Positions 1-9,392 are shown, counted from the first letter of the stretch. The stretch is 64,000 nt of DNA from an uncultured Methanoregulaceae archaeon (GCA_963717525.1 OY970343.1:1024001-1088000), one strand, 5' to 3'. Translations and numbers: made by a program. The notes: a model not told the origin generated them from the letters alone.

Positions 1-315
1 GAATACTTTGCCCTCCCGTTGCTTGAGATCCACCGGATCTCCCGGCGCGTGTACCGGGAGATGGGGCGGGATCCTTCGAAACGTATCCTCGTGGTCTGCG
101 GTCCCTGCCACGAGCATATCCACCGGCTGCCCGTGCGGGTAAAGGACCAGCGTGCGATGGTTGCCCATCGTCGTTATTTTGTCCGGCAGGATATCCGTAA
201 AGCTCTCGGTTACATGCCAAAACCGTATTCACCCCCAAAGACCACGGCTCTTTCCGAGATGTACGAGGAGTATTTCTACCACTTCCCACCCGGTTCGTTC
301 CGGCTGGGCGGGTGA
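1..315 (+). CDS. HNH-like/Zn-binding hypothetical protein (5'-truncated by window edge)
   Basis: Frame is open from base 1. LEIHRI...RILVVCGPCHEHIH resembles the H...LxxLCxxCHxxxH half of HNH folds. Confidence 0.5.
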   Translation, partial: EYFALPLLEIHRISRRVYREMGRDPSKRILVVCGPCHEHIHRLPVRVKDQRAMVAHRRYFVRQDIRKALGYMPKPYSPPKTTALSEMYEEYFYHFPPGSFRLGG

Positions 316-436
316 AGCGGCAGGATCCTCATCGCGGGTGCGGGCAGACCCCGCTCCCCGCCTCTTCATCAGGAAAAAGCTGGTGAGATCTGATTATCCG
401 TAAGGGAACGCGAAAACCTCCCCGGAATAAGGAACA

Positions 437-997
437 TTATTCCCGGCAGAGAGCACAGAACTGTTCCACCACGAGATCGTTCCTGACCTCGGGATGGAAC
501 ATGACCCCGTAGAGCGGCCGGTCCGGGTGGCGGACGGCCTGCACGCACCGGTCCGAGACTGCCGTCACCTCCCAGCCGGGCGGCGGGTCGCAGGCAAAAG
601 AGTGCAGTTCATAGGCCTCGAAGGCTGGCCCGTCAGGAAGGAGCGGGTCCGGTTGCGTGACCCGGACCGTGGTCATGCCGATCTCGCATGCCGGCCGGAG
701 GGTGCCCCCGTGTACGAGGCAGAGGGCCTGCATCCCGGCGCAGATCCCAAGGACCGGGACGCGTACCTCCCGGAGCCACAAAAACTCCTGCACCTTTTCG
801 GAAAAGAGGTTGTCCTTTAACGCCGTCCCGCAGAGGATAATCCCGTCCGCACCCTCGAGATCAACTCCCGTTATCCCGGAAAAGTGCGCTTCGCCCCATG
901 CCTGCCCGGCACCGGAAACGATCCGTGCCACAGGGCCCACGAACTCGTCCCGGGAGAGTGAGCCCGGCTTCCATGAGAGGTCCACGAGAAGGATCAT
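437..997 (-). CDS. Class I glutamine amidotransferase (stand-alone)
   Basis: PVLGICAGMQ nucleophile motif and FHPE His-Glu motif. ATG overlaps the dph6 stop (ATGA), with GGAGG upstream. Confidence 0.9.
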   Translation of the reverse strand: MILLVDLSWKPGSLSRDEFVGPVARIVSGAGQAWGEAHFSGITGVDLEGADGIILCGTALKDNLFSEKVQEFLWLREVRVPVLGICAGMQALCLVHGGTLRPACEIGMTTVRVTQPDPLLPDGPAFEAYELHSFACDPPPGWEVTAVSDRCVQAVRHPDRPLYGVMFHPEVRNDLVVEQFCALCRE

Positions 998-1674
998 TTT
1001 TCCTCCAGCACCGCACGTCTGACCCGCAGGAATCCCCGGAAATTCGCATACTCTTTTTCCGATTCCTGGATCACGATCTTTTTTGTAAAGACGGGCGCGT
1101 CCAGGACGAGCGTCTCGTACTCCCCGCCTTCACCGGTGAGGGTGATCCGGTGCGATCGCACGTACTGCTGCAGGCCGGAAAGTGCCTCCCGGTCGATCTC
1201 CCTTCCCAGCCAGTCACGAGAGAATGGAGCGGCAAAGACGCCAGTGATAATAGCCCTGAACCCGGAGGTTATCAGCTCTTTCATGTAGATCTCAGGGTCA
1301 GTGTACCAGAGCGGGTTGAAACACCAGAGATCGAGGTCCCGGCAGATGCGCTGGACCCGGGTGGCCTGGTACACGGAAAGGAGGGCACCGGTCACCACGC
1401 CTTCAATGCCATACTGTTCCACGGCATGGCTGATGGCACGCGAAAGATCACCAAGCTCGGCCTCCTCGATCCCCTCGGTCTCCACCGTGACAAGCGGGAG
1501 CCCCGCAGCCTCTGCCTGTAGCGGCACGAGCTGGGTAGTGGGGGTGTGGAACATGTAGCTCTCTTCGTTCCGGGACCGGACAGAGATGAGGCAGGCGACC
1601 TCCTCTTTCTGCATGGCGAGATAGCAGGCAAACCATGAGTCCTTGCCCCCGGAACAGAGAACGCCGAGTTTCAT
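994..1674 (-). CDS. dph6: Diphthine--ammonia ligase (DUF71/MJ0570 family PP-loop ATPase)
   Basis: Motifs SGGKDS, SYMFH, PLW and GEGGEYETLV. Confidence 0.92.
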   Translation of the reverse strand: MKLGVLCSGGKDSWFACYLAMQKEEVACLISVRSRNEESYMFHTPTTQLVPLQAEAAGLPLVTVETEGIEEAELGDLSRAISHAVEQYGIEGVVTGALLSVYQATRVQRICRDLDLWCFNPLWYTDPEIYMKELITSGFRAIITGVFAAPFSRDWLGREIDREALSGLQQYVRSHRITLTGEGGEYETLVLDAPVFTKKIVIQESEKEYANFRGFLRVRRAVLEEK

Positions 1675-1710
1675 TCCAGATGTACTCGTCTTTGCGGCCT
1701 CTTGAATCTC

Positions 1711-1905
1711 TCCCTTTCAAAAAATTTTGGGGTCGCGGATCATACCGGGCAGTACACATCATCAGGAGGTTGCAGTCCATCCCGGTAAAAATCCGGCTCA
1801 GAACCGCCTTTCGCGGTCGGCCATGAGTCGACACCACCGGCCCGGCTTAGAGTAAGACCTCTTAGGCGGTTGCGGGGGGCACCGTAAACCCAAGGGCCTG
1901 AGGGA
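1711..1905 (-). ncRNA. Putative structured non-coding RNA of unknown family
   Basis: GC-rich intergenic stretch with a closing stem and three hairpins, including GACCGC-GAAAG-GCGGUU and UACCGGG...CCCGGUA. G-U pairs favour the minus strand, and the 3' end is U-rich. Confidence 0.5.
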
Positions 1906-1916
1906 TGTGTTCATCG

Positions 1917-2423
1917 TTACAAGAAGACCGCGGCAAAAAGCCCGCTAAAACCCCACTGGACAATAAGACATACGGACAGGATCATACTTGCGACGACGAG
2001 TGCCATTGCGGTATTGCCGTATTTGATCTCCCGGAGTACATCAACAGAGGAGCTCACCTGGGCAATGATATACATGGCAAGGTAGATCGAACCGACCGCG
2101 AGAAGAATACTCAGGCCCAGCCCGACAACGATGAATATCACGTGAAGGGCACTTCCTGCGGTGAACATTCCCTCGAAGGCAATACTGTTCAGGCCTGCGA
2201 GGATCGCCTGGATGCCGGCGTACGCAGGAAGAGAGATGCCGATAAAAATGGAAGCGATGAGAAGGCCAACGGCGACATTCCCTTTTTTGATCTCACCCGG
2301 GGCATCAAAACCACCGGTAAGATGGTTGAAGGTTAATAATCCTGCATAGAGTGCAATGACAGAAAAAATAATGGCAATGATCAGCTGGATCAATCCTGTA
2401 ACCAATTCAGCGACCAGGGACAT
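1917..2423 (-). CDS. DUF350-like membrane protein (two repeats)
   Basis: Four hydrophobic segments, with the repeated motif EIKKGNVAVGL / EIKYGNTAMAL. Confidence 0.8.
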   Translation of the reverse strand: MSLVAELVTGLIQLIIAIIFSVIALYAGLLTFNHLTGGFDAPGEIKKGNVAVGLLIASIFIGISLPAYAGIQAILAGLNSIAFEGMFTAGSALHVIFIVVGLGLSILLAVGSIYLAMYIIAQVSSSVDVLREIKYGNTAMALVVASMILSVCLIVQWGFSGLFAAVFL

Positions 2424-2524
2424 AGTGAGAGATCTCCTTATTTTTATTGCCGTGCAGTGCTATTGTATTTGCGGTTGACAGGATCGTGCAAATGGGATGA
2501 CACCCTACCCGCCATGAAGAACCT

Positions 2525-3193
2525 TCACTCCTTCTTCTCTGCAGTCATCAGGAAAACGGTAAACGTCCGCATCTCCCCGGACGGCCCGGGCTTTTGTATA
2601 ATCGCGGCAGTCCGGTTCCGTACCGAAGAAAAACCGGCGGCCTCGAATGACTTCATCATCACACACCGGTCAAACCCGGGATGGAACACGCCCTCGTCTG
2701 AGTCGTGGAATTTTCCCTCATCGGAATCGAGATCGGCGACGGCGATCCTTCCTGCGGGTTTGAGGACGCCGGCGATACGATCGAGGAGCATTCCCACATC
2801 CCGGATGTGGTGGAAGGTCATACTGCTGACCGCGAGGTCGAACGGTCCCGGAAGCTCGTCACCCCTGTCCAGGTCCACGAGCCGGGTCCGGACATTGGTG
2901 AGCGATCGTGCCCTGATCTTCGCGTCGAGGACATCGAGCATGCCCTGCGAGCTGTCAACCGCGGTGATCGTGCGGACATGGGGCTGGAGCGCAAGGGTCA
3001 GAAGGCCTGTCCCGCACCCGAAGTCCAGCACGTCCATATCAGGTCCCGGCTGTACCGTCCCAAGGATCGCCCGCGCCACGTCATGCGCCATCCTTACCCG
3101 GCCCGGGTTCTCGTCCCATGTTGCCGCATCTGCATTAAAATCGCGTTTTTGATGAGAGGGACTGGGGGTATGTTCAGTCAGGAGGAAAAACAT
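2525..3193 (-). CDS. Class I SAM-dependent methyltransferase
   Basis: Motif I VLDFGCGTG, then AVDSSQGML, FDL..SSMTFHH and LKPAG. True start uncertain. Confidence 0.9.
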   Translation of the reverse strand: MFFLLTEHTPSPSHQKRDFNADAATWDENPGRVRMAHDVARAILGTVQPGPDMDVLDFGCGTGLLTLALQPHVRTITAVDSSQGMLDVLDAKIRARSLTNVRTRLVDLDRGDELPGPFDLAVSSMTFHHIRDVGMLLDRIAGVLKPAGRIAVADLDSDEGKFHDSDEGVFHPGFDRCVMMKSFEAAGFSSVRNRTAAIIQKPGPSGEMRTFTVFLMTAEKKE

Positions 3194-3365
3194 CTGAAAA
3201 ATATGTGGGATGTGTGCCCTGAAATAAGATTCTTTTATTCAGGGACTATGCAGGTATTGCGATATCCCGAATTCATTTCACTACGTGTTGGCCGGGTAAA
3301 ACCACATCTGGTGCATCAAAATTTTCGAATTACGAGGGTGACCCCCTCTCTCCCCCGGAGGTGGA

Positions 3366-3399
3366 GGCAGCCCAAGGGGAGCGCCCCATTGAACCCAGA
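3366..3399. repeat. Dispersed intergenic repeat, copy 1
   Basis: GGCAGCCCAAGGGGAGCG matches 31799-31816 at 17/18 positions. Confidence 0.6.
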
Positions 3400-3764
3400 T
3401 TAAAATTAAGTGTTCAAACGGCATTCCTGCCCGAGAAGAGGCTCCGACGAGGCGGCCGGGCGACCCATGGAGGGTGTGGGCTTGCTCATTTTATTGAAAA
3501 TTTTGTGAAATTATTTCGGGACAGGACAGGGACTATGCACCTTTGCATAAAATCCGCATACCTGTACAAAAAAGCATTAATGCCGATAACATGGATTCTT
3601 CATAAAAACAGTTTCCCGGAAGCGGTTTTGTCTGATTTCAGTACTTCCTCCTGTGACAAGGGAAAAAATCTGCAATGCATCGGTAAGATGTACCCCGGAT
3701 GTGCCGAAAATGCAAGGGACGGGATGTCAGTTTCATGATTGATGGTTAAGAAGGACGGGAACGT

Positions 3765-5243
3765 TTGATGTTTGAACGGTTTGACCTGACAAAAAAGACA
3801 CCTGACAAGGTGTTTTTGAAGGATATTGAGGAGATGCAAAAAGAGCTGGGAATGCTCCAGCGGGAGCTCCGGGATAAAAAGATCCCGGTGATCATCCTCG
3901 TGGAAGGCTGGCATGCCTCCGGCATCACGATGGTAATGAACGAACTTATCAAGTTGCTGGATCCCCGTGGTTTTTCCTTGTACTCGATCGGTTCTCCCAC
4001 CGATGATGAAAGGGCACGGCCATTATTATGGCGGTTCTGGGAACAGATCCCTCCACGCGGCCGCATCGCCCTCTTTGCCCGGAGCTGGTACAGCAGGTCA
4101 CTTGCCGAGATAATTTCCGGAATCGGGTGGAAACAGGGAGTAAAACGATCCCTGTCGCAGATCAACCAGTTTGAACGCCAGCTTGCCGACGATGGGACCA
4201 TTATCTTGAAATTTTTTCTGCATATCAGCAAGGAGGAACAGAAAAAACGCCTGGAAGAGCGTGAACAAAACCTTTTGACGTCGTGGATGATCAACAAAGG
4301 GGACTGGGATCTCCATAACCAGTATGAAAGCTATCTTCCTGTCATCGAAGAATATATTGAAGAAACAGACCATTCTTACGCCCCGTGGATGATTATCGAG
4401 GCCACCGACAGGAATTATACAATCCTGAAAGTCTTTTCAGCGGTGATAAAGATACTGGAAAAAAACTTGGCTGTATCAGATGAAAATGCCCGGGGAAAGA
4501 CCGTACATTACGAGATCACACGGCCGAAGAAAGGAGAGGTCAGGAGAAAATGCCTTCCCGCGGTCACCCTTGGCAGGCACGAATATGAACAAAAGTTACT
4601 CGCCTGCCAGGAGCAGGTCCGGGAAATCCAGTACCGGTTGTTTAAACGGAAAATCCCCCTGATTATTGTCTACGAAGGATGGGACGCAGCAGGGAAAGGG
4701 GGCAACATCATGCGCCTTGTCCGGCAGATGAACCCGCGGGGGTACGATGTCATTCCCATATCCAAACCAAACGACACAGAAAACGTGTACAACTATCTCT
4801 GGAGGTTTGTCCACAAGTACCCGAAAGCGGGACATATCACCATCTTTGACCGGAGTTGGTACGGTCGTGTCCTTGTTGAGCGTGTCGAAGGGTTCTGTTC
4901 AGAGACCGAGTGGAAACGTGCATACATCGAGATCAATGAGATGGAAGAGACCTACGTGGAAAACGGGGGAGGAATTATAAAATTCTGGCTCGAGATCGAT
5001 AAAGATGAGCAGGGCCGGCGGTTCAGCCAGCGGCAGACAGACCAGCTCAAAAAATGGAAGATTACCGATGAGGACTGGAGGAACCGTGAAAAATGGGATC
5101 TCTATGAACTGGCAGTCGATGAAATGCTCGCCCGCACAAATACCCGGGCCGCTCCATGGACCGTCGTTGAATCAAACGATAAGTGGTATGCACGGCTGAA
5201 AACCCTGCAGACCGTCATCTCCTACGGTGAACAGATTTTGTGA
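3765..5243 (+). CDS. pap: Polyphosphate:AMP phosphotransferase (two-domain PPK2)
   Basis: Tandem PPK2 domains. The C-terminal domain has EGWDAAGKGG and FDRSWYGRVLVERVEG. The N-terminal equivalents are degenerate (EGWHASGIT, FARSWY). Confidence 0.92.
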   Translation: MMFERFDLTKKTPDKVFLKDIEEMQKELGMLQRELRDKKIPVIILVEGWHASGITMVMNELIKLLDPRGFSLYSIGSPTDDERARPLLWRFWEQIPPRGRIALFARSWYSRSLAEIISGIGWKQGVKRSLSQINQFERQLADDGTIILKFFLHISKEEQKKRLEEREQNLLTSWMINKGDWDLHNQYESYLPVIEEYIEETDHSYAPWMIIEATDRNYTILKVFSAVIKILEKNLAVSDENARGKTVHYEITRPKKGEVRRKCLPAVTLGRHEYEQKLLACQEQVREIQYRLFKRKIPLIIVYEGWDAAGKGGNIMRLVRQMNPRGYDVIPISKPNDTENVYNYLWRFVHKYPKAGHITIFDRSWYGRVLVERVEGFCSETEWKRAYIEINEMEETYVENGGGIIKFWLEIDKDEQGRRFSQRQTDQLKKWKITDEDWRNREKWDLYELAVDEMLARTNTRAAPWTVVESNDKWYARLKTLQTVISYGEQIL

Positions 5244-5323
5244 TCGTACCGTGTCAGGTACCGGACGGTATTAAAAACGGGGCGGTTCTTTACTCCCTCC
5301 CCCACAGTTCCCCGTTCATCCGG

Positions 5324-5833
5324 TTATTGAAGCATCTTGAGCGATTCCCGGACAAACGCCGGGATATCTGACGGTTTCCGGCTCGAAACGAGGTTCCCGT
5401 CAACGACGACTTCTTCATCCACGTATTCAGCGCCGGCATTTTTTATGTCCTGCACGAGCGATTTCCAGCCGGTTACGCGCCGGCCCTCCAGTACCTGGGC
5501 CGTGATAAGGAGCTGTGCCGCGTGGCAGATTGCAAATACCGGCTTTTTCTTCGTGAAGAAATCCCGGGTGAACCGGATCGCGTTGTCATCGATACGAAGT
5601 TTGTCGGGGGAGTACCCGCCCGGGATGAAGAGCGCGTCAAAATCATCTGTCGCAACATCACGAACCGGCTTGTCGATCTGGACGAGGGTCCCGTACTCCC
5701 CCTTCACGATCGATCCTGCGCTGACGATCCCCACGTTGACAAGCTCGTGACCCGCCTTCCGGAATGCATCCGCGGGCTGACTGTATTCCACATCCTGGAA
5801 CATGTCCGTAATGATCACTGCAATCCTTTTCAT
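5324..5833 (-). CDS. PfpI/DJ-1 family protein
   Basis: Motifs DALFIPGGYSPD, AICHAAQ and VVVDGNLVSSR. Confidence 0.92.
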   Translation of the reverse strand: MKRIAVIITDMFQDVEYSQPADAFRKAGHELVNVGIVSAGSIVKGEYGTLVQIDKPVRDVATDDFDALFIPGGYSPDKLRIDDNAIRFTRDFFTKKKPVFAICHAAQLLITAQVLEGRRVTGWKSLVQDIKNAGAEYVDEEVVVDGNLVSSRKPSDIPAFVRESLKMLQ

Positions 5834-6042
5834 TCTTTCACCTCACCCGCACCGGGCAGGTTTCCGGCCCGGATCACGTGAACAAATGCTCTTTTCTGTA
5901 GATAAAGACACGGATCGTGCTTACATTTTTTCGCGCCGCCATGCTTTTGCCAGGGTCAATGGGTTTTTTACCTTTTAGGATTAGTATCATCCACCGGATC
6001 CGGGCTTTGAGCGGATGCAAGGAGGCCGGGACAGGAGGAACC

Positions 6043-6447
6043 ATGGTTGAAAATCTGCGTATTGAACAGGATCTCATAGAAGACCTGCTGGTCCGCCTCT
6101 CCAAAGGCAAAAAAGGCAGGGAGGCAGCAATAGAAGCACTGGCAGTGAGCACTGAAGACGACACCTGGAGGCCGGACGAACTCATACAACAGGGCGGGAT
6201 AAAGATTGTCAGGGACCTGCTGATGGAAAAAAACCTGCATATTGTCCTTTCGGCCCTGAATATTATCATCGCCATTGCGGCATCCGGGCAGGAAGAAGCG
6301 CTTATCGGCGAAGGAGTGATTGCCTGTCTCGATACGATGCAGGAGAGTAAAAACCCCGCGATCCGGGAGAAGGTCCGGGAAGCGCTCGCGCTCCTCCAGC
6401 CCGAAGTGGATGAGGCCGTCACTTCAAAACCTGATGACGACTATTAA
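6043..6447 (+). CDS. ARM/HEAT-repeat-like small protein
   Basis: AGGAGG precedes ATG 6043. Helical repeats ELIQQGGIKIVRDLL and ALIGEGVIACLDTM. Confidence 0.7.
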   Translation: MVENLRIEQDLIEDLLVRLSKGKKGREAAIEALAVSTEDDTWRPDELIQQGGIKIVRDLLMEKNLHIVLSALNIIIAIAASGQEEALIGEGVIACLDTMQESKNPAIREKVREALALLQPEVDEAVTSKPDDDY

Positions 6448-6519
6448 CGCTCGTTCCGGCAGGGAACCGGCCCGGGATTCATCTCCGCGGTGAGGTATAC
6501 CGGCAGGAAGCCAAAAGGA

Positions 6520-6570
6520 TAAAAAAATCATCCGGGCCTGAAGGGAAGGCCCGGCCAGATACTTTTTTTC
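6520..6570. terminator. Hairpin flanked by A- and T-tracts (possible bidirectional terminator)
   Basis: AAAAAAA...CCGGGCCT-N7-AGGCCCGG...TTTTTTT downstream of the 6043-6447 gene. Confidence 0.4.
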
Positions 6571-6762
6571 CGGATATAAATGTCATCACCCTGTTTTTCA
6601 GATCCGGGCCCGGACCGGCATAACCCCGGGGTTATCCCTTCTACCGTCCCGGGTCACGGATGTAACCCCGCCTATTGTGCCAATTCATAGGGAAACCGGG
6701 TGAAGGATGGATCAAAGTGCAGGGATACCAACAGCATCCTGCACGAAAGGAGGGATGATCGT

Positions 6763-6909
6763 TTGAGAATTTTCAGATGCGAACGCTGTAAAAAACCCTG
6801 TATGCTGACCACACTTGACAATGAGGATATGAAATTCTGTCCTGTCGACAGCAAACCCGTGGAATGGAAACAGGTCAACAGGGACGAGAGGGCAGGATGT
6901 GCGACCTGA
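6763..6909 (+). CDS. Small Cys-rich Zn-ribbon-like protein (48 aa)
   Basis: AAGGAGGG lies upstream of TTG 6763. Sequence RCERCKKPC...FCPVD. Confidence 0.6.
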   Translation: MRIFRCERCKKPCMLTTLDNEDMKFCPVDSKPVEWKQVNRDERAGCAT

Positions 6910-6935
6910 ATACAAAAAGTGAGGGGATGATTTTC

Positions 6936-7397
6936 TTATTTCCCCGCCAGGGCCTTCAGATCATCGACCTCCAGGCCGTGATGGGGCTTCCGTCCCCGCT
7001 CCTTTGTCCCCCGCATCACCGCAGGCTGGATCGTCCCGGCCATGCGGAGGGTGAGGCAGGCGCAGCAGGGTTTGCACCGGTGCTGCCAGAGCGGCCGGCC
7101 CTGTTCAATCACTTTGTTTTTTACCGGGCAGACCTCCGCACAGGTGCCGCATGAGATACAGGCACCAGAGACCGAGAACGTTCTGTCGATCTCATGCACG
7201 CTCCTTGAGAACGGACCGGAGAACACCCTCCTTATCAGGGTGGATACGGGGACGGGCCAAGGCGGGACATCAGCCCCCTTTCCGGTAATGCCGGCAATCT
7301 CCGCAAGGCGTGCACCGGCGGCGGCAAGGATCCGGTCCCGGGCTTCACCCGCAGGAGGCCGGCTGACCGGCGGGGAATTTCCTGGCATCTTCACCAC
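6936..7397 (-). pseudogene. Truncated EFR1-type flavodoxin-ferredoxin remnant
   Basis: CISCGTCAEVCP is intact, but the second cluster motif has decayed (CKPCCACLTLRM lacks CP). The N-terminal flavodoxin domain is absent. Confidence 0.6.
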
Positions 7398-7424
7398 AAA
7401 AGCGGCGCCGGGGCCCCGGCCCGA

Positions 7425-7736
7425 TCAGTGGCCGAGAGTGATCGATTGTGATCCAACGACCTCGTAGATGGTCAGTTCTGTCGGGGCAGCATGCCATGGC
7501 GAGGTCTTTGCAAAATACTCCTGCATATGAGGTTGCCCAAGATGTTTATCGAGATGGTCCTGGCTCTCCCATTCTTCGATAAAATGGAATACCCCGGCAT
7601 CACTGGCATCGGCTAACAGTTCGTACCGGGTGCACCCAGCCTCTTCCTGCACGATCGTTTTGATCTTCCGGGCTTCCCGGACGAAATATTCCTGCCTCCC
7701 GGGCAGGATCATACATCTGGCATCGACAAGTATCAC
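7425..7736 (-). CDS. Antibiotic biosynthesis monooxygenase (ABM/quinol monooxygenase) family protein
   Basis: EEAGCTRYEL...FHFIEEWESQDHLDKHLGQPHM. Likely GTG start at 7736. Confidence 0.85.
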   Translation of the reverse strand: MILVDARCMILPGRQEYFVREARKIKTIVQEEAGCTRYELLADASDAGVFHFIEEWESQDHLDKHLGQPHMQEYFAKTSPWHAAPTELTIYEVVGSQSITLGH

Positions 7737-7964
7737 ACGAATCCCCCCACCTCGCCGGCCCGGCTTCATCTGCGGCGGTCCGGGGCTGACCGGTTCTCAC
7801 GAGATAGCCGGTGATAAGGTTATCCCTGAAGGATAATTATTCCTGCCTTTACCGGCCGGGGTCTGTCACTATCGCTGGTCCCCGCCGGGTCCGTAAAACA
7901 TGCGGACAACCGGAACTGGTACTGGTCGCAATGCTTATGTTCCTGAAAATCGAGAGCACCGCAT

Positions 7965-8642
7965 ATGGGTGAGATCATTGACAATCCCCGGTTGCGGGAA
8001 CGGCGTTTTGTCTTTTCTTCCCGCCACGATGCCGGGAGACAACTGGGAGCGTTTTTAAAAACGCTTCCTGCCCTCAATGACCCGTATGTCCTTGCCATCC
8101 CGGCGGGAGGTGTGCCCATCGGAAAGGAAGTCGCCCGGGCACTGTCTGCCCCCTTGTCGCTTGCGATAGTACGGAAGATCCGTATCCCCGGCACCACGGA
8201 GTCGGGGTTCGGGGCGGTCACCTGGGACGGACAGGTGCTGATCAATGAAGAGCTCCGTGCCGCCCTCGGTCTTGAGGCGCCAGCGGTCGATCGGGCTATC
8301 GCTGAAACGAGGGAAAATGTCAGCGAGCGTATGACACGGTTTACGGGGAATAGGACCTTCCCCGGACTTGTAGGAAAGACCGTAATCCTGACGGACGACG
8401 GGCTCGCATCAGGCTTCACGATGCTCGCCGCACTACAGAGCATCCGGCAAAAGAAACCAGCCCGGGTCATCGTCGCCGTCCCCACAGCCTCCCTGGACGC
8501 TGCAAAACGTGTCTCTGTCCACGCGGACCTCGTGGCCTGCCTGAATATCCGGAGCAGCCGGATGTTTGCCGTTGCCGATGCCTATGCAGAGTGGTATGAC
8601 CTTGACGACCACGAGGTGCTCAAAGAGCTGGAGGATGCTTGA
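7965..8642 (+). CDS. Phosphoribosyltransferase (COG1926-like)
   Basis: FSSRHDAGRQL, VLAIPAGGVP and the PRPP loop VILTDDGLASGFT. Confidence 0.9.
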   Translation: MGEIIDNPRLRERRFVFSSRHDAGRQLGAFLKTLPALNDPYVLAIPAGGVPIGKEVARALSAPLSLAIVRKIRIPGTTESGFGAVTWDGQVLINEELRAALGLEAPAVDRAIAETRENVSERMTRFTGNRTFPGLVGKTVILTDDGLASGFTMLAALQSIRQKKPARVIVAVPTASLDAAKRVSVHADLVACLNIRSSRMFAVADAYAEWYDLDDHEVLKELEDA

Positions 8643-8689
8643 TGAAGCCTGCACCCGGCATCCTTTTCCGGCAGGAAGGGGCCTGAAAA

Positions 8690-9233
8690 ATGGATGTCCG
8701 GTACGACCAGATCCCGGCAGAACTGACCGGCTTGACCGCTGGGTTACCTGGCGGTACGAGAAGCGGAATGACAAGCTGACCAAGCCGCCCTATGTCCCGG
8801 ACCAGAAAAAGAAGCGTTATGCACTCGTCAACGTTCCTTCCACGTGGGGGAGCTTCGACCAGGCAAAAGCCGCCATGCAGGCCGGGGGATTTGACGGGAT
8901 CGGTTTTGTGTTAGGAGAAGGGATTTTTGGGATCGATTTCGATCACGCGACCGGCGAGATGGTAAAAGAAGCCCTGTCGCTTGGTACCTATACGGAATGG
9001 AGCCCGTCCGGCCACGGGGTGCACGTGATCGGGCGTTCCGGCTCCGGCTCAGGGGCCGGAAGAAAGGCCCTGTTGAACTCTACATGGAGGGGAGGTACTT
9101 CACGGTCACCGGTGCGGTGGTGGCCGGGTCGCCGCCGGGTATCCGGGAAATTCCCGATCCGCTGCTGAAACAGTTTTTCCGGCAGCATTTTGAAGAGGAA
9201 CAAGAACCCGACCGTAAAAAGGATGCGGTCTGA
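8690..9233 (+). CDS. Stand-alone NrS-1-type primase-polymerase domain (two frameshifts in this assembly)
   Basis: Stitched frames read MDVRYDQIPAELTG / LDRWVTW...PSTWGSF...GIGFVL..GIDFDH...YTEWSPSGHGVHV / GRKKGPVELYMEGRYFTVTG. About 181 aa. Confidence 0.75.
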
Positions 9234-9392
9234 ACCGATCCCGCTGTGCCCCGGAGGGTCCATGTGGGATATGAATCCCTGCACATTTTTTCGGATCCCA
9301 TCGCTCCGTGGCGTAACCGGTTCACGCCCGGTGTTATTAATTCTGAAACATGACGGAATTTTTATCCCTGTTCCATCGTATCTACAGAACTG

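Noticed and set aside
1711..1905. Hammerhead ribozyme, Moco/cobalamin/fluoride riboswitch, intron-containing tRNA, SRP or RNase P identity for the structured element
   Set aside because: CUGAUGA and GAAA are present, but stems II and III cannot be formed. There is no T-loop, no SRP helix-8 motif and no RNase P P4 motif. Riboswitch resemblance is limited to short words.
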